Positions 27,554 to 36,048 of a DNA stretch of 64,000 bases are shown one piece after another; position 1 is the first letter of the stretch, and every line of letters starts with the position of its first letter. This stretch comes from an uncultured Gammaproteobacteria bacterium. Its GTDB lineage: Bacteria; Patescibacteriota; Patescibacteriia; UBA9934; GWF2-40-263. The stretch spans positions 4,399-68,398 of the forward strand of contig CAZIDX010000007.1 of NCBI GenBank assembly GCA_964538435.1, read 5' to 3'. Below the pieces are notes generated by a model. That model saw only the letters and a list, made by a program, of their open reading frames with translations. It did no database searches and had not been told where the DNA came from. A program made the position numbers and the translations under genes.

Positions 27554-28090
27554 TTACGGAAGGACGGGTTCAGTCTCGATCATGGCGTTTTCTACAGCCT
27601 CGAATGTCATGAGCACGACCGTGTCTTCGAAATCTGTTGCTTGCGTGTCGTGAATCTCTGAAAACTCCGCATCACCGTCGTCGTGATAGGCCACAGCGTA
27701 GTACACCTGGCCCTGCACCAACGATTCTTCAGCACGAATGAGTACATGCTCCCCTCCCTCAACCATCCACCCTGAGTTTCCAATCACATCACCTGGCATG
27801 CCATCGCGATCATTGTAGATTGCCACGAACCCAGGCTTTGAGAGCACAGCATATCCAACCCAAACCTCTCTCTGCCCTGCTTGCTGATTCTCAACAAAAA
27901 TGGCGTTCTCACCTGCTTCGAGCATGTTTTCGAATGTTTGAGAGCGGACCTGCTCATCTATGGCTGCACTGGTGTCCTGTGGACTCACGGCTGAATCCTC
28001 AGCTTTTGGTGCTGTCACTGCAAGGCCAATAAACAGGAATACGATGATTAGAAAGAAGAATAACCAGAGTTTTGGGATGTTTTGCTTCAT
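27554..28090 (-). CDS. hypothetical secreted/membrane-anchored protein
   Basis: N-terminal signal/TM helix, acidic mature domain. Confidence 0.5.
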   Translation of the reverse strand: MKQNIPKLWLFFFLIIVFLFIGLAVTAPKAEDSAVSPQDTSAAIDEQVRSQTFENMLEAGENAIFVENQQAGQREVWVGYAVLSKPGFVAIYNDRDGMPGDVIGNSGWMVEGGEHVLIRAEESLVQGQVYYAVAYHDDGDAEFSEIHDTQATDFEDTVVLMTFEAVENAMIETEPVLP

Positions 28091-28164
28091 ACACAGGGAT
28101 TATACCTAGGACTGGACAAAAAAACGAGAAACGGCTATACTCTCCCCGTTAACTGATCAAATCT

Positions 28165-28413
28165 ATGGGAAAATCTTGCATTGTTACTGGCAAGAAGACT
28201 GTTACTGGAAACCGAGTTTCTCACGCAAACAACAAGACAAAGCGTCGACTCAAGGCAAATCTCCAGAAGAAACGTCTTCTTAACCCAGCAACCGGACGAA
28301 TCGTGACTGTCACAATCTCAGCTCGTGGTATGCGCACTCTTAAGAAGTGGGACCGCGAAGGAAAGACATACGATCTTACCAAGTTGAAAAAGGACGGCAC
28401 CCTCGCCAAGTAA
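28165..28413 (+). CDS. rpmB: 50S ribosomal protein L28
   Basis: Core tracks L28 (C-V-T-GK..V-GN-VSHA-N-TKRR..NLQ....RGMRT); TATACT box upstream. Confidence 0.85.
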   Translation: MGKSCIVTGKKTVTGNRVSHANNKTKRRLKANLQKKRLLNPATGRIVTVTISARGMRTLKKWDREGKTYDLTKLKKDGTLAK

Positions 28414-28415
28414 AA

Positions 28416-28440
28416 AAACTCCCGGAAGGGAGTTTTTTGG
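28416..28440 (+). terminator. rho-independent terminator
   Basis: CTCCCGGAAGGGAG hairpin followed by TTTTTTGG. Confidence 0.7.
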
Positions 28441-28452
28441 TTTGTTGGATTA

Positions 28453-29321
28453 TTACTTCTTGTCTTGCTTGATTCTTTCTATTGTTTTGTTACGTTTATC
28501 CAACATCTCATCTTGATTAATAATTTCCACGACTTTGGAAATTGGCGTGACAATTGCAACTCCTTTATTCACCGCTTCATCACTCAGAACATTAGACGAA
28601 TCATGAACAGAACAATCATGCTGGCTGTCAATAGACTGATTCCAATGCCCTTGCGTAAGACCAAGTAAATAAAAGACATCTGTTAAAGGGTTCGGTGGAT
28701 CATGCTTTCTCCTAAATGGACCGAGATGAACAAAAACCGGAGAACCACTCAAACCGCCAATCGATCTACATTCTACAAGATAGGCCTCAATGGACGTTAT
28801 TAAACCACCAAGATCGGCGCTCACTTTTTCATTTGGCATCATTGAAATATTTCCAAATCGTGCAATCGGAAGATTCCTGTCTCTCCCGGCATGATTCACA
28901 AATAACCCTATCATGAAGGTTTCATCACCAATCCCAATTTGCTCACCCTCACAAGAACAGCCTCGCTTACAATATCCTCAATATCGATAATTTTGTAATC
29001 ATATTTTTCTTGATTGGGTGCACAAAAAAATACTGCAGCATCAACAGTCTCTTCTTTATTAATCACCCACTGCTCAGGCTCGGTCCTTACATGTTCTACA
29101 CCTGTTTTTGTATTCATTCTCAAATAGACACCTCCGTCGTTCTCTTCCTTTTGAATCCCTGCAATAACATGTTGTGCCGTGACAATGTAACAAAAAGTAA
29201 CATCAAGGTCCTCAACGAAATCTCCAACAAAAAATGCGGTGCCTTTTAAACAAAACTTTTCTTCTTTGTTACGTGCCGCTATGAAGACAACACCTTCTAG
29301 TATTTCTTTTTTTACAAGCAT
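28453..29321 (-). pseudogene. trypsin-like (S1) serine protease split by a frameshift
   Basis: ORF 28911..29321 carries the His (TAQHV) and Asp regions; ORF 28453..28914 carries the Ser motif GGLSGSPVF. The two are in different frames and overlap. The downstream frame is open ~17 codons upstream of its Met, consistent with one ~290-aa gene broken by a -1/+2 shift near 28915-28960. Confidence 0.5.
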
Positions 29322-29350
29322 ATTTCATATTTACTCCCTCAATATCAGCG

Positions 29351-29740
29351 TTATTCCTTCACCTCCGAGAAAACCAACACGTACCCATTGAGATCACTCA
29401 CTGCGAATTCTTTTGCTCCGTAAAAGGTCTCTTTCATCTCTCTGACGATCTCAACATTCTCCTTCACTGATTCGTAGAGTGCCTGCACGTCGTCTACTTT
29501 GATGTAGAGCGTCATGCTTGCTCCGATCTCCTTCCCTGCGAGAACAGACATCTCTTTTTCTAGACTCTCTCGCTTTTGAAAGAAGATCTGGACGTCGCCT
29601 GCTTGCACTACGGCCCATTCGAGGGGTTCGTCTATTGTTTGTTCTTTGTTGGCGAGCTGGAAGTTCAGGTTGTCTTGGTACCACTTCACGGTTGCGTTTA
29701 CATCCTCAACCATGATGTTTGGAGTGAGTGTTTTGTACAT
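29351..29740 (-). CDS. VOC family protein (glyoxalase/bleomycin-resistance fold)
   Basis: 129-aa protein with paired beta-alpha-beta-beta-beta module pattern typical of VOC. Confidence 0.55.
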   Translation of the reverse strand: MYKTLTPNIMVEDVNATVKWYQDNLNFQLANKEQTIDEPLEWAVVQAGDVQIFFQKRESLEKEMSVLAGKEIGASMTLYIKVDDVQALYESVKENVEIVREMKETFYGAKEFAVSDLNGYVLVFSEVKE

Positions 29741-29751
29741 AGATATTAAGT

Positions 29752-30867
29752 TTAAACTGCTTTCTCAATCTTCCCCACCAACTCATCGAGGCCATCCTTC
29801 TTCACAGCTGAGACCCAGACGCGGTCTTCTTCTGTGTGGCGCTTTTCTACAGCGTCGATGTGATCCTGTTTCATCTTGTCTTTTTTGTTGAGTACGAGAA
29901 TGCGTGGGGTTTCTCTTAAGCCTAGTTTGCTTAGGATATCCTCGACCACTTCTTTGTTCTTGCAAAAGTTCTTGTCGCTTGCGTCTGCTACGTGCAGGAG
30001 GAGGTCTGCGCCTACGGCTTCTGAGAGTGTCGATGAGAAGGCGTTTAGGAGTTCTGGGGGGAGGTCTCGGATGAAACCGATGGTATCGCTCAGGAGTACT
30101 GATTCGCGCTTTTCTGGGAGGTAGAGCTGGCCTACGCGCGTGTCTAGTGTGGCAAAGAGGGCGTCTGCAGCGTACTCCTTGCGGCCTGTGAGTGCGTTTA
30201 GGAGGGTTGTCTTGCCTGCGTTGGTGTAACCGACCACAGAGACGGTTTTTAGGCCTCTACGCTTGCGTCCGCTGTGTACGAGCTCACGTCCTTTTTTGTA
30301 CTTGTCTAGTTTCTTTTTGATGATCCGTTCTTTCTCCTTGAGGTGGCGCTTCATGATCTCGGTGTTGGTTTCTCCGATTCCGACTGTTCCGATTCCACCT
30401 GCTTGCCTGGAGAGCTCCATTCCCATACCAAAGATACGTGGGCCCATGTGGCGGATGCTGGCGAGCTCGATCTCGAGCCTGGCTTCTGTTGTGCTGGCGT
30501 GCTTGGCGAAGATTTTTAGAATGAGATCAATGCGATCCCAAACCTTCACACCGTGAGGTCTGAGCATTTCAGAGAGGTCGTAGATCTGCCGTGGTTTGAG
30601 CTGTGCGTTTACGATCAGAATAGTTGCACCGTTTTCCTTTGACTCCTCACCGATCTCCTCGGCCTTACCTGGACCGATATAGGTTCTAGCATGTGGAGCA
30701 ACGCGCTTTTGCCACTTTTTTACAATCACAATACCACCGTAGGTATTCACCAATTCTTCAAGTTCTTCCATCCTGTCCTTTGCCTCCTCTTTTGGAACAC
30801 GAGGATGTGTCATGTCGATTAGAATGGCTTTTGTCTGTGTCTTTGTTTTCATAGATGTGGACATCAT
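29752..30867 (-). CDS. hflX: GTPase HflX
   Basis: HflX N-domain then G-domain with GYTNAGKTTLLNALTG (G1), DTIGF (G3), NKKD (G4). Confidence 0.85.
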   Translation of the reverse strand: MMSTSMKTKTQTKAILIDMTHPRVPKEEAKDRMEELEELVNTYGGIVIVKKWQKRVAPHARTYIGPGKAEEIGEESKENGATILIVNAQLKPRQIYDLSEMLRPHGVKVWDRIDLILKIFAKHASTTEARLEIELASIRHMGPRIFGMGMELSRQAGGIGTVGIGETNTEIMKRHLKEKERIIKKKLDKYKKGRELVHSGRKRRGLKTVSVVGYTNAGKTTLLNALTGRKEYAADALFATLDTRVGQLYLPEKRESVLLSDTIGFIRDLPPELLNAFSSTLSEAVGADLLLHVADASDKNFCKNKEVVEDILSKLGLRETPRILVLNKKDKMKQDHIDAVEKRHTEEDRVWVSAVKKDGLDELVGKIEKAV

Positions 30868-30884
30868 AGCAATCTTGAGTGGAA

Positions 30885-30920
30885 ATCAAAACACCCGAGG
30901 CATTCCCGGGTGTTTGTTTG
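30885..30920 (-). terminator. rho-independent terminator
   Basis: ACACCCGAGGCATTCCCGGGTGT hairpin with T-run on the minus strand. Confidence 0.6.
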
Positions 30921-30929
30921 AGTTTCAAC

Positions 30930-31904
30930 TTAGTCAGCTGAGGCCACTGCTGTCATAGTAATGGTTCCAGTACAGGTACCAGATACGTCGTACTGTGGAA
31001 TCTGGATCTCCCAGTGAACAGAGTCAGTAACAGCACCGGCTGTGATCTGGTAAGGGATGGTGACGTCAAGAAGAGTTGGAGTTCCGCTAAGAGCAGCTCC
31101 ACCAGATGCGTGACCATCATCATTAAGGTCATACTTAATGTTACCTACAGGAATAGTACCAGTGTTTGTACATCCCATGTCTGTTCCAGACAAGTTGATA
31201 TCAGCTTTGTCATTACCCTTCTGAGTAATAGTCTGGTCTTCGTTTGTGCCACTTACGGTCTGTACATTCTGCGCAAGTGTTCCCCAGTCAATTGGACCAG
31301 GCATATCAAGTGAGAGCATGGTTGCAATGTCGATTGTTGCAGTCATGTTCCCTGATGCTTGGGATGAGTCGTTTACATTCACTCTGGCTGTCCAGTCTTG
31401 ACCTGCTTCTGCACCACCGGCTGTAGTTGAGTTGGCCCAAAATACCACATCAACAGCACAGTTGTAGGTAAGCGAATCAGCGTCATTGGCCTGAGTTGTG
31501 CAGCTTGTTAATTTATAACAGTGATTCGGGTCGGGTCCGTTGAAACAATCCGTAAATGTCCCTACCTCTGGTGAGTAAAATAACATGTCGACGAGTGTGA
31601 TATCACTATCTCCGTTGGTGTCTGTTACAACACCTGAAATATTCAGCGTTGTATTGGATCCTGAGGTCAACTCAAAAATACCATCAACCTCATTTGTTCC
31701 ATTTCCATCTGTTTGATAGGTGTCAACGGAATCAAAGTAAATACTGTCCACTGTTGGCGCAGCATTTGCAACTCCTGCAGATGAGTTTAGCTCGTCTGCT
31801 TGTGAGTTTGCCCCCACAAGAGCCACGACAACAAACAGCGTGATAAGGAGCAATGCAGCTCCTAAAATCCAGTGCAATGCACTTGAATTGTTTGATTCGG
31901 CCAT
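30930..31904 (-). CDS. secreted, membrane-anchored Thr/Ser/Asn/Asp-rich surface protein
   Basis: N-terminal TM helix; low-complexity T/S/N/D-rich beta-rich body; no catalytic motif. Confidence 0.5.
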   Translation of the reverse strand: MAESNNSSALHWILGAALLLITLFVVVALVGANSQADELNSSAGVANAAPTVDSIYFDSVDTYQTDGNGTNEVDGIFELTSGSNTTLNISGVVTDTNGDSDITLVDMLFYSPEVGTFTDCFNGPDPNHCYKLTSCTTQANDADSLTYNCAVDVVFWANSTTAGGAEAGQDWTARVNVNDSSQASGNMTATIDIATMLSLDMPGPIDWGTLAQNVQTVSGTNEDQTITQKGNDKADINLSGTDMGCTNTGTIPVGNIKYDLNDDGHASGGAALSGTPTLLDVTIPYQITAGAVTDSVHWEIQIPQYDVSGTCTGTITMTAVASAD

Positions 31905-32010
31905 AATACGTAAGTAAGAATTAATTAGAAAAATGAATTATGTCCGGGAGCAAGGTCGACACCCCCGAATACTGTCTTAATTGTATCAAAATTTATGTAA
32001 AGCTGCTTAC

Positions 32011-32050
32011 AAATCAAAAATCCACTCAGAAACTGAATGGATTTTTTTGA
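32011..32050. terminator. bidirectional hairpin terminator (downstream of hup)
   Basis: AATCCACTCAG-AAA-CTGAATGGATT hairpin flanked by A5 and T7. Confidence 0.6.
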
Positions 32051-32055
32051 TCGCT

Positions 32056-32337
32056 TTAAAGTACTGCGTCCTTAGCTGCTTTAGCTACACGGAACTTTAC
32101 AACAGTCTTTGCAGGGATGTGGATCTGCTCTCCAGTCATTGGGTTTCGTCCCATTCGAGCTGCGCGCTCCTTTCGGACAAGCTTACCCATTCCTGGGAGT
32201 GGGAACTCTCCATTAGTGCGAACCTCTCGGTAAGCGAGTTCTACGAACTGATCCCACTTCTCAACGGCTTCCTTTTTGGAAACACCGAGAAGCTCTGCGT
32301 AAGCAGCCATGAACTGGCTCTTAGTCAATTTGGCCAT
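32056..32337 (-). CDS. hup: DNA-binding protein HU
   Basis: Tracks HU/IHF: GFG-F....R.AR.GRNP.TGE.I.IPA...V.F...K.LKDAV. Confidence 0.85.
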   Translation of the reverse strand: MAKLTKSQFMAAYAELLGVSKKEAVEKWDQFVELAYREVRTNGEFPLPGMGKLVRKERAARMGRNPMTGEQIHIPAKTVVKFRVAKAAKDAVL

Positions 32338-32536
32338 AGGTGTGGAAAACTTAAGTTTTACGCGAGAATCTTAGCACAAGATCAAATTTTTGGGAATACA
32401 AAAGATTGCAAGAACTAGTCAATTACGCAACGTTTGTCAAATTTTGTGTTGAGTATTTGTGTCAAAAACAAAAAGAAAACGGGGTTTTTGCCCCATTTTT
32501 CAAGAGTCCAAAGTCTTGTTTTTTGACTTAATTAAG

Positions 32537-32920
32537 TCAATTTCTCTGCTCAAACCATTGGTTTGCCTTTTTGATATCACTGGCGATAATTTGAGACATT
32601 TCCTCTTCTCCTGGGTAAGCAATCACATCTCTGAGCTTCTTAAAAACCGTCACTCGCATGTGCTTTCCAAAAAGTTCGATATTTTCATTTAAGAGATGAA
32701 CTTCCATTTTTAGATGGTAGCCTGTGCGCCCATCTGTGATAAAGATGAGTGATGGGTATAGCTTTCCTTCACATGTTGTCTCACCCACATACGCTCCCAT
32801 TCCAGGGATCACCACACCTTGCTCTACCGCAATGTTCGCCGTCGGACACCCAAGGCGTGTTGCAAACCCTTCGCCGGTTTCTACCCGACCGCTGAATGTA
32901 ATTTGTTTCATATCTATCAT
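32537..32920 (-). CDS. riboflavin kinase (monofunctional, RibF C-terminal-domain type)
   Basis: RLGCPTANI (PTAN motif) and GxY/E motifs of the RFK fold; stop overlaps the perfect palindrome TTGACTTAATTAAGTCAA (32523-32540). Confidence 0.65.
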   Translation of the reverse strand: MIDMKQITFSGRVETGEGFATRLGCPTANIAVEQGVVIPGMGAYVGETTCEGKLYPSLIFITDGRTGYHLKMEVHLLNENIELFGKHMRVTVFKKLRDVIAYPGEEEMSQIIASDIKKANQWFEQRN

Positions 32921-32957
32921 CCACTTTATACTGAGAAACGAAAATAGGGCAAGTGCC

Positions 32958-33482
32958 CTATTTTTTTGTGATCTTCTTTATGTGCTTGATTGCTCTTTCA
33001 ACAATCGGCTTCATATCCTTATAACTTGATGTGCTTTGCACTTTGCTCAGCGGCACCCACTTAGCATCCATGGCATGCTCTTCTGGGTCTGGGTCCAGTT
33101 TTGCATTGGGCTTTGTTTCAAACAGGTAGTAGTGAATGTCTTTATGAACGAGCTTGCCTTTTTTTTCAAACTTGTCGCGAAACCAGATATCGATTTGCCC
33201 CAGGTCTTCCCAGAACTTGATCTCCATGAGTCCAAGCTCTTCTAGAGTCTCTCGTGCGGCTGCCTCTTCAAGGTCCTCTCCCTTCTCTACCCTACCTTTT
33301 GGAAAGGTCCACTTGCCGTAGGTGTCTTGCATCATGGCAAACGACACCCCTTTTCCAGTTCGACGAAACACAACACCGCCAGCAGATACCTCCTTGATCG
33401 CTTTTTCTTTTCTTTTGGAAGACGCCTTAGAGCTCTTCCTCTGCGGCTTCTTCCCCGCTGGTTGTTTCTTCTTGGGCTTCAT
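32958..33482 (-). CDS. Nudix hydrolase with Lys-rich N-terminal tail
   Basis: Nudix box GRVEKGEDLEEAAARETLEELG; 5' end overlaps the ctpA-like gene by 56 nt. Confidence 0.7.
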   Translation of the reverse strand: MKPKKKQPAGKKPQRKSSKASSKRKEKAIKEVSAGGVVFRRTGKGVSFAMMQDTYGKWTFPKGRVEKGEDLEEAAARETLEELGLMEIKFWEDLGQIDIWFRDKFEKKGKLVHKDIHYYLFETKPNAKLDPDPEEHAMDAKWVPLSKVQSTSSYKDMKPIVERAIKHIKKITKK

Positions 33483-34710
33483 AGGTTCCTAGCAAAATTT
33501 GTGATGCAGCATCCTTCTGCGGATCTAGGCCTTCGTCATACTGCTCTAGTGTGTATTCAACCTCGATGTCTGGCGTGACTCCTGTTTCGTTGATGCTTCT
33601 ACCAAGTGGAGTATACCATTCTGCTACTGTTATCTTTACTGCTGCTCCATCATTTAGCTCTCGGTAATCTTGAACTGAACCTTTTCCAAAGGTCTGAGTT
33701 CCAATAATTGTGGCAAAGTCATAGTCTTGGAGTGCTCCGGCAACAATCTCTGATCCAGAGGCAGAGCCACCGTTTACAAGTACAACGGTATCAATCCCCT
33801 CAAGCCGCGGAGCCATGAGCCCCTCGTAGGTGTTTGATCCTTCTGGGCTGCGCTCGATCACGATTGACTCATACCCAATCCAAGCAGATGCAATATCGAT
33901 TGCTGAGGTCAGGAGTCCGCCCGGGTTGCTTCGAAGATCAAGAATGATTCCAGCCACGTCTTTTGATAGCGCTTCTTGAACAGCCTGATTAAACAGCCCT
34001 GCGGTGTCTTGATTAAATGTACTGATATCAATCACCATGATGTTGTCTTCGTCGATCTCCCAGTTCACACTCTCAATTATAATGGTGTCGCGCGTGATAG
34101 TGATGTCAACGAGCTCGTCTAGACCGTTTCGGCTTACGGTCAAAATAACGTCTGTTCCCTTTTCTCCACGAATTCTTTGCACTGCCTCTTCAACAGTGAT
34201 GTTCATGGTTTCATATCCATCGATCATGACCACCCAATCAGCTGGTTGCAGACCTGCTTGCTCAGCTGGAGACCCGCTGAGCGGCGCAACGATCTGAAGC
34301 TTGTCATCTTTGATGCCAATCTCGGCTCCGATTCCTTCAAACGAGCCCGTGATGCTCTCTGTGAATGCCAATGCCTCTTCTGGATTGAAGTACACACTGT
34401 ATGGATCGTCTAGTCCATCAATGAGCCCACCAACAGCCCCGTGATAGAGGTCAATGTCAGAGACGGGTTGATCGTAGTATCCCTCTTTTACAAAGTTCCA
34501 AATATCCCAAAAGTTGCCAAACTCAATGTCTTGCGCCAGGTAGGATGGTGTGTCACCAACGCCTGTTACCTGCCCCTGACCCTCAGGAACCATGTTGCGC
34601 GCTGCCCGCTCTTGTCCTACAAAAAAACCAATGCTGAATGAGCACGTGGTTAGCAGAAGCGCAACAAGCACAATGATTGAAACTGGGAAAACTGTTTTAT
34701 TCTTTGACAT
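33427..34710 (-). CDS. carboxyl-terminal processing protease (S41, CtpA-like) with PDZ domain
   Basis: N-terminal TM; PDZ segment GLQPADWVVMIDG; S41 motifs LDLRSNPGG and GSASGSEI. Confidence 0.8.
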   Translation of the reverse strand: MSKNKTVFPVSIIVLVALLLTTCSFSIGFFVGQERAARNMVPEGQGQVTGVGDTPSYLAQDIEFGNFWDIWNFVKEGYYDQPVSDIDLYHGAVGGLIDGLDDPYSVYFNPEEALAFTESITGSFEGIGAEIGIKDDKLQIVAPLSGSPAEQAGLQPADWVVMIDGYETMNITVEEAVQRIRGEKGTDVILTVSRNGLDELVDITITRDTIIIESVNWEIDEDNIMVIDISTFNQDTAGLFNQAVQEALSKDVAGIILDLRSNPGGLLTSAIDIASAWIGYESIVIERSPEGSNTYEGLMAPRLEGIDTVVLVNGGSASGSEIVAGALQDYDFATIIGTQTFGKGSVQDYRELNDGAAVKITVAEWYTPLGRSINETGVTPDIEVEYTLEQYDEGLDPQKDAASQILLGTYEAQEETTSGEEAAEEEL

Positions 34711-35185
34711 AGTGCGTATAGGATACAGCCGGATTAAGATTGAGTCAAAACCCCTCTTATATGCACATTCGATGTCCCTATTTTCTCGTGGTTGAGATAA
34801 AAAATGAACATCGAATGTCTGTTTTTGAAAGTCAAAGGGTGGGTTTTACTTTATTTCTTGGGGGTGTTGGCCCCCTAGAACCCCAACCTACTTTCTTTGG
34901 TCGCAAAGAAAGTAGGCAAAGAAAACAGTCCCGCCCGATCTTGCTTTGCCGGGCCAGCTACCGTCTCAAGCTTGTCTTGGCTGCGGAACGGCGCCCGATT
35001 TTGTTCATGCCAACGTCTGACTTTGGTGGCAGGAACTTCTGGCCTGAGCGGTCAGCTCCTTCAAAGTCAGACGTTGAGCTGCTCCAGAATCGGTGCTAGG
35101 ACCATCCTCACCATCCTCTCAGAGGGGATCGACAAGCTTTCACCGGGCTGGCTCTGGCAGTCTCGATAGGGCGGGAGTCGATCAG

Positions 35186-35216
35186 AATTAGAAAAGACCC
35201 CTCCGAAGAAGAGTCT
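35186..35216 (-). terminator. rho-independent terminator with UUCG tetraloop
   Basis: rc AGACUCUUC-UUCG-GAGGGGUCU (9-bp stem with G-U pairs) followed by UUUUCUAAUUC. Confidence 0.55.
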
Positions 35217-35226
35217 TGCGTAGTTG

Positions 35227-35940
35227 CTAGCCGAACTGCGACCCGAAGCGGGACTCGACAGCATCGATGGCTGGTCCGAAGAGCTTGTCGAGCTGCCAAT
35301 CGATCATGCCTCCCACAGCACCATCGAGAGACAGGTCGTTGAATGCCTTTGCGCGTGCGTAGCGTTCTTCAGTCTCGAGCAACACAGACACCAGACCGCA
35401 AGAGATCGAGCAGATGATGCCACAGACCAGCGACATGACCAGTGGCGATGCCTCAGCCATGGGATTCACGATCAGGAAGATCGCAGCTCCCATTGTACCG
35501 AACACAGCCATGGACAGGCGCTTGAACATGTTGATGCTCAGCGCTACGAGAACGAGTGCCTTGACGACCACCAGAACGAACGCGCTGACGAACACTATGC
35601 AGACGAATGCTGCGAGGATCAGGAACAGGATCGCGAACCCGAAGAGCTTCAGCTTGTTGCTCCAAATGTCTCCGGCAACCCCCTTGACCATCCTGACAGG
35701 AACTTCGAGCCACTGCTTGGCCGTGACCATGTAGGGGTGAGCGACCCACTCCTCGAAGCTCATGCGTGCAGCTTGCTTGGTGGAGCGGACGAGCCCTCGG
35801 ATGTCGTAGCCGATGAGGATGAGCGGGAAGATGAGCACGAGGGTAAGCAGGTCGCTCCCCATGCTCTGGCCGATGTAGCAGCCCAGAGAGCCACCAATCA
35901 GGCCAGCGCTCATGGACTTTCCAGTTTCTCTTGTGAACAT
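35227..35940 (-). CDS. hypothetical polytopic membrane protein (single-gene high-GC island)
   Basis: AGGAGG SD before ATG 35940; multiple TM helices; antisense ORF 35224..35994 is His/Asp/Glu-rich junk. Confidence 0.5.
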   Translation of the reverse strand: MFTRETGKSMSAGLIGGSLGCYIGQSMGSDLLTLVLIFPLILIGYDIRGLVRSTKQAARMSFEEWVAHPYMVTAKQWLEVPVRMVKGVAGDIWSNKLKLFGFAILFLILAAFVCIVFVSAFVLVVVKALVLVALSINMFKRLSMAVFGTMGAAIFLIVNPMAEASPLVMSLVCGIICSISCGLVSVLLETEERYARAKAFNDLSLDGAVGGMIDWQLDKLFGPAIDAVESRFGSQFG

Positions 35941-36010
35941 TGCGCCTCCTGCGCGTGTTTCTGCGTCTTGCAGCGCTTTTTTCTATCATGCTGAGGCCTA
36001 TCTGTCAACC

Positions 36011-36039
36011 TTGATTTGGAACGATTTTTGGCGTATTAT
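36011..36039 (+). promoter_or_regulatory. promoter TTGATT-17-TATTAT driving a leaderless mRNA
   Basis: -10 ends 9 nt before ATG 36049; no SD. Confidence 0.45.
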
Positions 36040-36048
36040 GGCTGCGAT

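Noticed and set aside
34780-35185. tmRNA, RNase P RNA, SRP RNA or tRNA in the structured intergenic region
   Set aside because: None of the conserved sequence signatures I know (RNase P CR-I/CR-V, tmRNA tRNA-like termini and tag ORF, SRP domain IV, tRNA T-loop GGTTCGAATCC) is present; left as an unclassified candidate ncRNA.
35224-35994. Plus-strand 256-aa ORF
   Set aside because: His/Asp/Glu-rich antisense frame of the 35227..35940 membrane-protein gene, which has an AGGAGG SD.
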